NCBI GenBank assembly: GCA_022449945.1
Contig: JAKURM010000004.1
Location: forward strand, 1 to 51,727
From: Candidatus Thalassarchaeum sp.
GTDB taxonomy: Archaea > Thermoplasmatota > Poseidoniia > Poseidoniales > Thalassarchaeaceae
Length of the DNA stretch: 51,727 nt
Reading direction: 5' to 3'
In this document: in pieces, positions 47,967 through 51,727 of the stretch
Layout: the number at the start of each line of letters is the position of its first letter
Numbering within the stretch: position 1 is the first letter of the stretch
Notes under the pieces: model-generated
What the model was told of the DNA's origin: nothing
The model's input: the letters and a program-made list of their open reading frames with translations, nothing else
Database searches by the model: none
Made by a program: the position numbers and the translations under genes

Positions 47967-48974
47967 GTGGGGCGACTAATTGTCGGCATAGAGAGCACTG
48001 CGCATACCCTTTCATTTGGGGTAGTCGACTCCGATGGGACTTTGTTCCCATCCCATTCGTCGTTATTCCGCCCAGAAGAAGGTGGAATTCACCCGAGAGA
48101 AGCAGCTGACCATCATTCTGATTCGGCATCTAATCTATTGGATATGCTATCTAGTAGCACTGACTTCAATTGGGACTCGGTGGAGGCAATTGCCTTCAGC
48201 CAGGGTCCTGGTCTGGGACCCTGCCTCCGAATCGGAGCATCTGTAGCACGCTCTCTTTCAACCAGCCTCGGAGTACCTTTAATTGGAGTGAATCATTGTG
48301 TGGCACATATTGAAATTGGTAGGAATCAGACTGGCTGCATTGACCCCGTCTTGCTTTATGTTAGCGGTGGGAATACGCAGGTAATTGCACGTTCCGATGG
48401 TAGATACAGGGTACTTGGGGAGACATTAGACATAGGAATAGGCAACATGCTCGATAAATTTGCTCGTTTGCACGGCATTCCATTTCCAGGCGGACCCGAG
48501 ATTGAGAGATTGGCCGACGAATATCTCCAGAAGGCTGAACCGGATATGGACCCAGTTCAGTTGCCATATGGGGTCCAAGGGATGGACATTGCATTCTCTG
48601 GAATCCTCACATCTGCGATTCAGAAAGTATCTGACGGAGCTCCGTTGGAACAAGTCTGCTGGTCACTTCAAGAGCACACATTTGCCACTTGCATAGAAGT
48701 CGCCGAGCGGGCGATGGCACATACGGGTAAAACAGAACTACTTCTCGGTGGAGGAGTTGCATGCAATGGTCGACTTAGGGAGATGTCAAGCATCATGTGT
48801 TCCGAGAGGGACGCAGTTTCGTACTGGCCTGAGAAGGCATACTGTATTGATAATGGGACTATGATCGCTGAATTGGGTAGAAGGATGTACCAGCAAGGCA
48901 TTACTACTAGTCTGGGAGACAGCGGCATCAACCCCCTGCTGCGAACCGATAACACAGACGTAACTTGGCCATAG
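47967..48974 (+). CDS. kae1: tRNA t6A synthase Kae1 (not fused to Bud32)
   Basis: GIESTAHT, GGIHPREAA.HH, GPGLGPCL, NHCVAHIE, SGGNTQ, ETLDIGIGN, GGGVACN, DNGTMIA. Confidence 0.96.
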   Translation: MGRLIVGIESTAHTLSFGVVDSDGTLFPSHSSLFRPEEGGIHPREAADHHSDSASNLLDMLSSSTDFNWDSVEAIAFSQGPGLGPCLRIGASVARSLSTSLGVPLIGVNHCVAHIEIGRNQTGCIDPVLLYVSGGNTQVIARSDGRYRVLGETLDIGIGNMLDKFARLHGIPFPGGPEIERLADEYLQKAEPDMDPVQLPYGVQGMDIAFSGILTSAIQKVSDGAPLEQVCWSLQEHTFATCIEVAERAMAHTGKTELLLGGGVACNGRLREMSSIMCSERDAVSYWPEKAYCIDNGTMIAELGRRMYQQGITTSLGDSGINPLLRTDNTDVTWP

Positions 48975-49029
48975 AGTCGCGAATACTTATGAGAGGCCGT
49001 ATGGCCGGTAATACGAGGACGATTAGACA

Positions 49030-49854
49030 GTGCAGAGGAGGAGAAGGAGCAAGCCCGCGCCAAAGGACGTATTTGGCAGTTCCCAACCCGCCCAGCCAAC
49101 AAAGTCCCCAACTCGGTCCAGACCTCCACTACCTTCGCGACCGCGTACCCAGATTACCCCTCCATCGGTTCCTGGAGCCAAGAGCAAGGACGATCAAAAG
49201 CCCACTACGGAGAAACCGAGTGTCGTCGAGCCAATTCTGGAAACTCCAGAGGATAGTTCAGAGCCAATAGATGAATCTGAAGTGAAGGTGGAAGCAGATC
49301 CACAAGAGGAAATTCTCGAGGAGCAGCTTCTAGCTAAACAGCCAAAGCAGAAGAAGACACTTGGTTTGAGCAAGAAGGAAGCGGTACTTGATGCACCTGC
49401 CGAAACTGTGGAAAAACCCCACACCTCAACAAGTCAGAAGGCCAGGGAACTGATAGAGAGCAGCATTCTACGGGCATCTAAACCCGTGGCGACACCTGTA
49501 ACCCCCACAGCAAAGAAGATCGAAACACCCGTGGCGAAGCCAGAAGTCAAGCCAAAAACACAGAGGAAGTTCCGAAACAGAGTCTCTTCATACCAACCTG
49601 CAAATCGCGCCAGGAGACTGGACAGGAGCAGACACATGGAGTACAAATACGAAATGCGAGGAGTCCTGGTCGATATTGGAGTCCCAGAAGAGCATCGATC
49701 CAGTCTCCTTGCCACAATTTGGGCTAGGGGGGAGAGGCAGACCACAAAGGAGGCCAAGGACTTCATCTTGGAAAAGATGGATGAGGGTATAATTGACGAT
49801 GAGCAGCACGACATACTGATCAAGATTGTCGATGGCTACACAGTTAGACGATAA
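49030..49854 (+). CDS. Hypothetical protein: Pro/Lys/Glu-rich disordered N-terminus and compact helical C-terminal domain
   Basis: 274-aa ORF in operon orientation; low-complexity first ~180 aa, ordered-looking last ~85 aa. Confidence 0.7.
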   Translation: MQRRRRSKPAPKDVFGSSQPAQPTKSPTRSRPPLPSRPRTQITPPSVPGAKSKDDQKPTTEKPSVVEPILETPEDSSEPIDESEVKVEADPQEEILEEQLLAKQPKQKKTLGLSKKEAVLDAPAETVEKPHTSTSQKARELIESSILRASKPVATPVTPTAKKIETPVAKPEVKPKTQRKFRNRVSSYQPANRARRLDRSRHMEYKYEMRGVLVDIGVPEEHRSSLLATIWARGERQTTKEAKDFILEKMDEGIIDDEQHDILIKIVDGYTVRR

Positions 49855-49894
49855 CATCAGAATGGTTCTTGTCCGTGTGCTTAGTGGGACGTTC

Positions 49895-51412
49895 ATGCCC
49901 AATGGCAGTAAAGACTCCTCACCAGCCGGCTCTCCACCATACCGCCGTGGAATACATGCAGGAATGTACAGGGACAGGCTATGGACCATGAGGCAATATG
50001 CCGGATTCTCTACTCCATCAAAGACCAACCAACGTTTCAGGGCACTCCTCGATGGAGGGCAAACAGGAATCTCTGTAGCATTCGACCTACCAACTCAACT
50101 TGGCCTCGATTCCGATGACCACCAATCGGCCGGTGAGGTGGGGAAGGTAGGAGTCGCTATTGACTCAATTCATGACATGAGAGTCTTATTTGATGGAATT
50201 GACCTAGGGAGAGTTTCCACATCAATGACGATAAATGCGCCTGCAACGACGCTCCTAGCACTCTATGTCGCAGTCGCAGACGAGAGAGGCGTCCGTCGAA
50301 ACGAAATATCCGGAACTGTGCAGAATGACATCCTCAAGGAATATATGGCTAGAGGGCTATACGTATATCCCCCAGAGCAGTCAGTAAGACTAACTACTGA
50401 CCTGATGAACTGGTGCTCCAACAATGCCCCCAGATGGAACACAATTTCCGTTAGTGGTTACCATCTCAGGGAGGCAGGATGCACCGCTGCACAGGAGGTC
50501 GGAATGACATTGTCCAATGCATTATTCTATGCCAGGAGCGCCATAGATTCAGGAATGGAGTTCGACGAATTTGCACCACGGATGTCATTCTTTTTCGCTT
50601 GCCACAACGATTTCCTAGAAGAAATCGCCAAGTTTCGTGCCGCTAGGGAGCTCTGGCATAAATTAGTACTAGACGAGTTCGGTCCATCCGACCCCCGTTC
50701 ATCGCAGCTGAGATTCCACACACAGACATCAGGTGTCACCCTCACCGCACAACAACCCCTGAACAACGCAATTCGCGTTTCATACCAGGCTCTTGCAGCC
50801 GTCCTAGGTGGTACTCAATCACTTCATACTAATAGCTACGACGAGGCACTCGGCCTCCCTACCGAGGATTCCGTAACCATCGCTCTCCGGACTCAGCAGA
50901 TTATCGCAGAGGAGACAGGAATCGCCTCTCACGTAGACCCAATGGGAGGTTCCGAGGCCGTGGAGGAACTAACTGAGAAGATCATCTCTGATTCGCATTC
51001 CATCATCCGGAAGATTGACTCGATGGGAGGTGCCATGGAATGTGTAAAGTCCGGACACCAGCAGAGGCTGATTCACGAAAGTGCTTGGGTTCAACTGAAG
51101 GGGATAGAATCCGGAAGCGAGCTTGTTGTGGGCGTGAATTCCCATTCAAACGAGGACGATCCCGTTTTCGAGGGCATGATAATCGATCCGAAGGACGAGC
51201 GTGATAAGGTGGGCGAACTAGTCGTTATGAAATCAAACCGGGACGAGGCACGAGTCAGTGAATCCCTAGCTGCTCTGGAAGAAATATGTAAGGGGGACGG
51301 AAATGTCATGGATGCACTTATTGTCGCTCTGAAGGCGGAGGCAACAGTAGGGGAAGTCAATGGGGTTATGAGAGAAGTTTTCGGTACATGGATGGCTCCT
51401 AGTGGTGTTTGA
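49895..51412 (+). CDS. Methylmalonyl-CoA mutase large (catalytic) subunit
   Basis: WTMRQYAGF (Tyr typical of methylmalonyl specificity), AFDLPTQ.G.DSD, STSMTIN, GTVQNDILKEY, SGYH.REAG, QSLHTN..DEAL; no B12 domain. Confidence 0.96.
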   Translation: MPNGSKDSSPAGSPPYRRGIHAGMYRDRLWTMRQYAGFSTPSKTNQRFRALLDGGQTGISVAFDLPTQLGLDSDDHQSAGEVGKVGVAIDSIHDMRVLFDGIDLGRVSTSMTINAPATTLLALYVAVADERGVRRNEISGTVQNDILKEYMARGLYVYPPEQSVRLTTDLMNWCSNNAPRWNTISVSGYHLREAGCTAAQEVGMTLSNALFYARSAIDSGMEFDEFAPRMSFFFACHNDFLEEIAKFRAARELWHKLVLDEFGPSDPRSSQLRFHTQTSGVTLTAQQPLNNAIRVSYQALAAVLGGTQSLHTNSYDEALGLPTEDSVTIALRTQQIIAEETGIASHVDPMGGSEAVEELTEKIISDSHSIIRKIDSMGGAMECVKSGHQQRLIHESAWVQLKGIESGSELVVGVNSHSNEDDPVFEGMIIDPKDERDKVGELVVMKSNRDEARVSESLAALEEICKGDGNVMDALIVALKAEATVGEVNGVMREVFGTWMAPSGV

Positions 51413-51413
51413 T

Positions 51414-51727
51414 ATGAGTACGGGAAGGATAAACCACATCGGAATAGCGACCAAGTCACTGGATGAAGCTGAGACTCTCTGGTCTGCACTAGGATTCACT
51501 GGTACCAAGGACGAGGAGGTTGCCGAGCAGGGTGTACGCATTCGGCACATGTCCGGATCGCAGGAAACCCGAATCGAACTTCTTGAGCCAATTTCCGATG
51601 ATTCTCCAATAGGGAGGTTCATCGAGAAGAGGGGAGAAGGGATCCAGCAAATCGCCGTCGATGTCTTGGATATGGAGGCCAAGATAGAAGAGCTCATGTC
51701 AATGGGAATCAGGATGATCAACAAAAC
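51414..51727 (+). CDS. mce: Methylmalonyl-CoA epimerase (VOC fold), truncated by window edge
   Basis: Manual translation MSTGRINHIGIAT..EEVAEQGVR..RIELLEP..SPIGRFIEKRGEGIQQIA; 1 bp after the mutase gene. Confidence 0.9.
   Translation, partial: MSTGRINHIGIATKSLDEAETLWSALGFTGTKDEEVAEQGVRIRHMSGSQETRIELLEPISDDSPIGRFIEKRGEGIQQIAVDVLDMEAKIEELMSMGIRMINK

Noticed and set aside
304-51724. Numerous short antisense or off-frame ORFs in the track
   Set aside because: They shadow well-supported genes, have Ser/Pro-rich antisense composition and show no motifs.
1-51727. CRISPR arrays, transposases, DGR/retron or defence systems
   Set aside because: No regularly spaced repeats and no reverse transcriptase, nuclease or transposase motifs recognised.

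Overview
Gene-dense archaeal core-genome region, most consistent with Thermoplasmatota Marine Group II (Ca. Poseidoniales). This is inferred from the unsplit rpoB, split rpoA'/A'', eS1, eL30, PAN, Tsr3, Kae1 and aMBF1 together with many bacterial-type metabolic genes. The window holds propionyl-/methylmalonyl-CoA genes at both ends, asnB, ogt, a Rieske/cytochrome b operon, a divergent FtsZ, Pop5, a HemK-BirA fusion, tRNA-Lys, the RNA polymerase operon, four related coiled-coil proteins, pdxS, a THF-dependent histidine utilisation cluster, alaX and tRNA-Val. No CRISPR, integrase or transposase was seen. The best candidate novel system is a b6f-like complex (4970-11494, minus strand). Its cytochrome b keeps the heme ci cysteine, its subunit IV is fused to an HdrD-like Fe-S/CCG module, and a Reeler-fold CxCH protein sits where cytochrome c1/f would be. 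Also notable are a duplicated N-terminal domain shared by RpoH and RpoA'', a C-terminal RxLG motif shared by three proteins, a SAP domain on eS1, two small ORFs missed by the ORF track, and patches of probable sequence error. All family assignments come from motif recognition by eye; no database searches were run.
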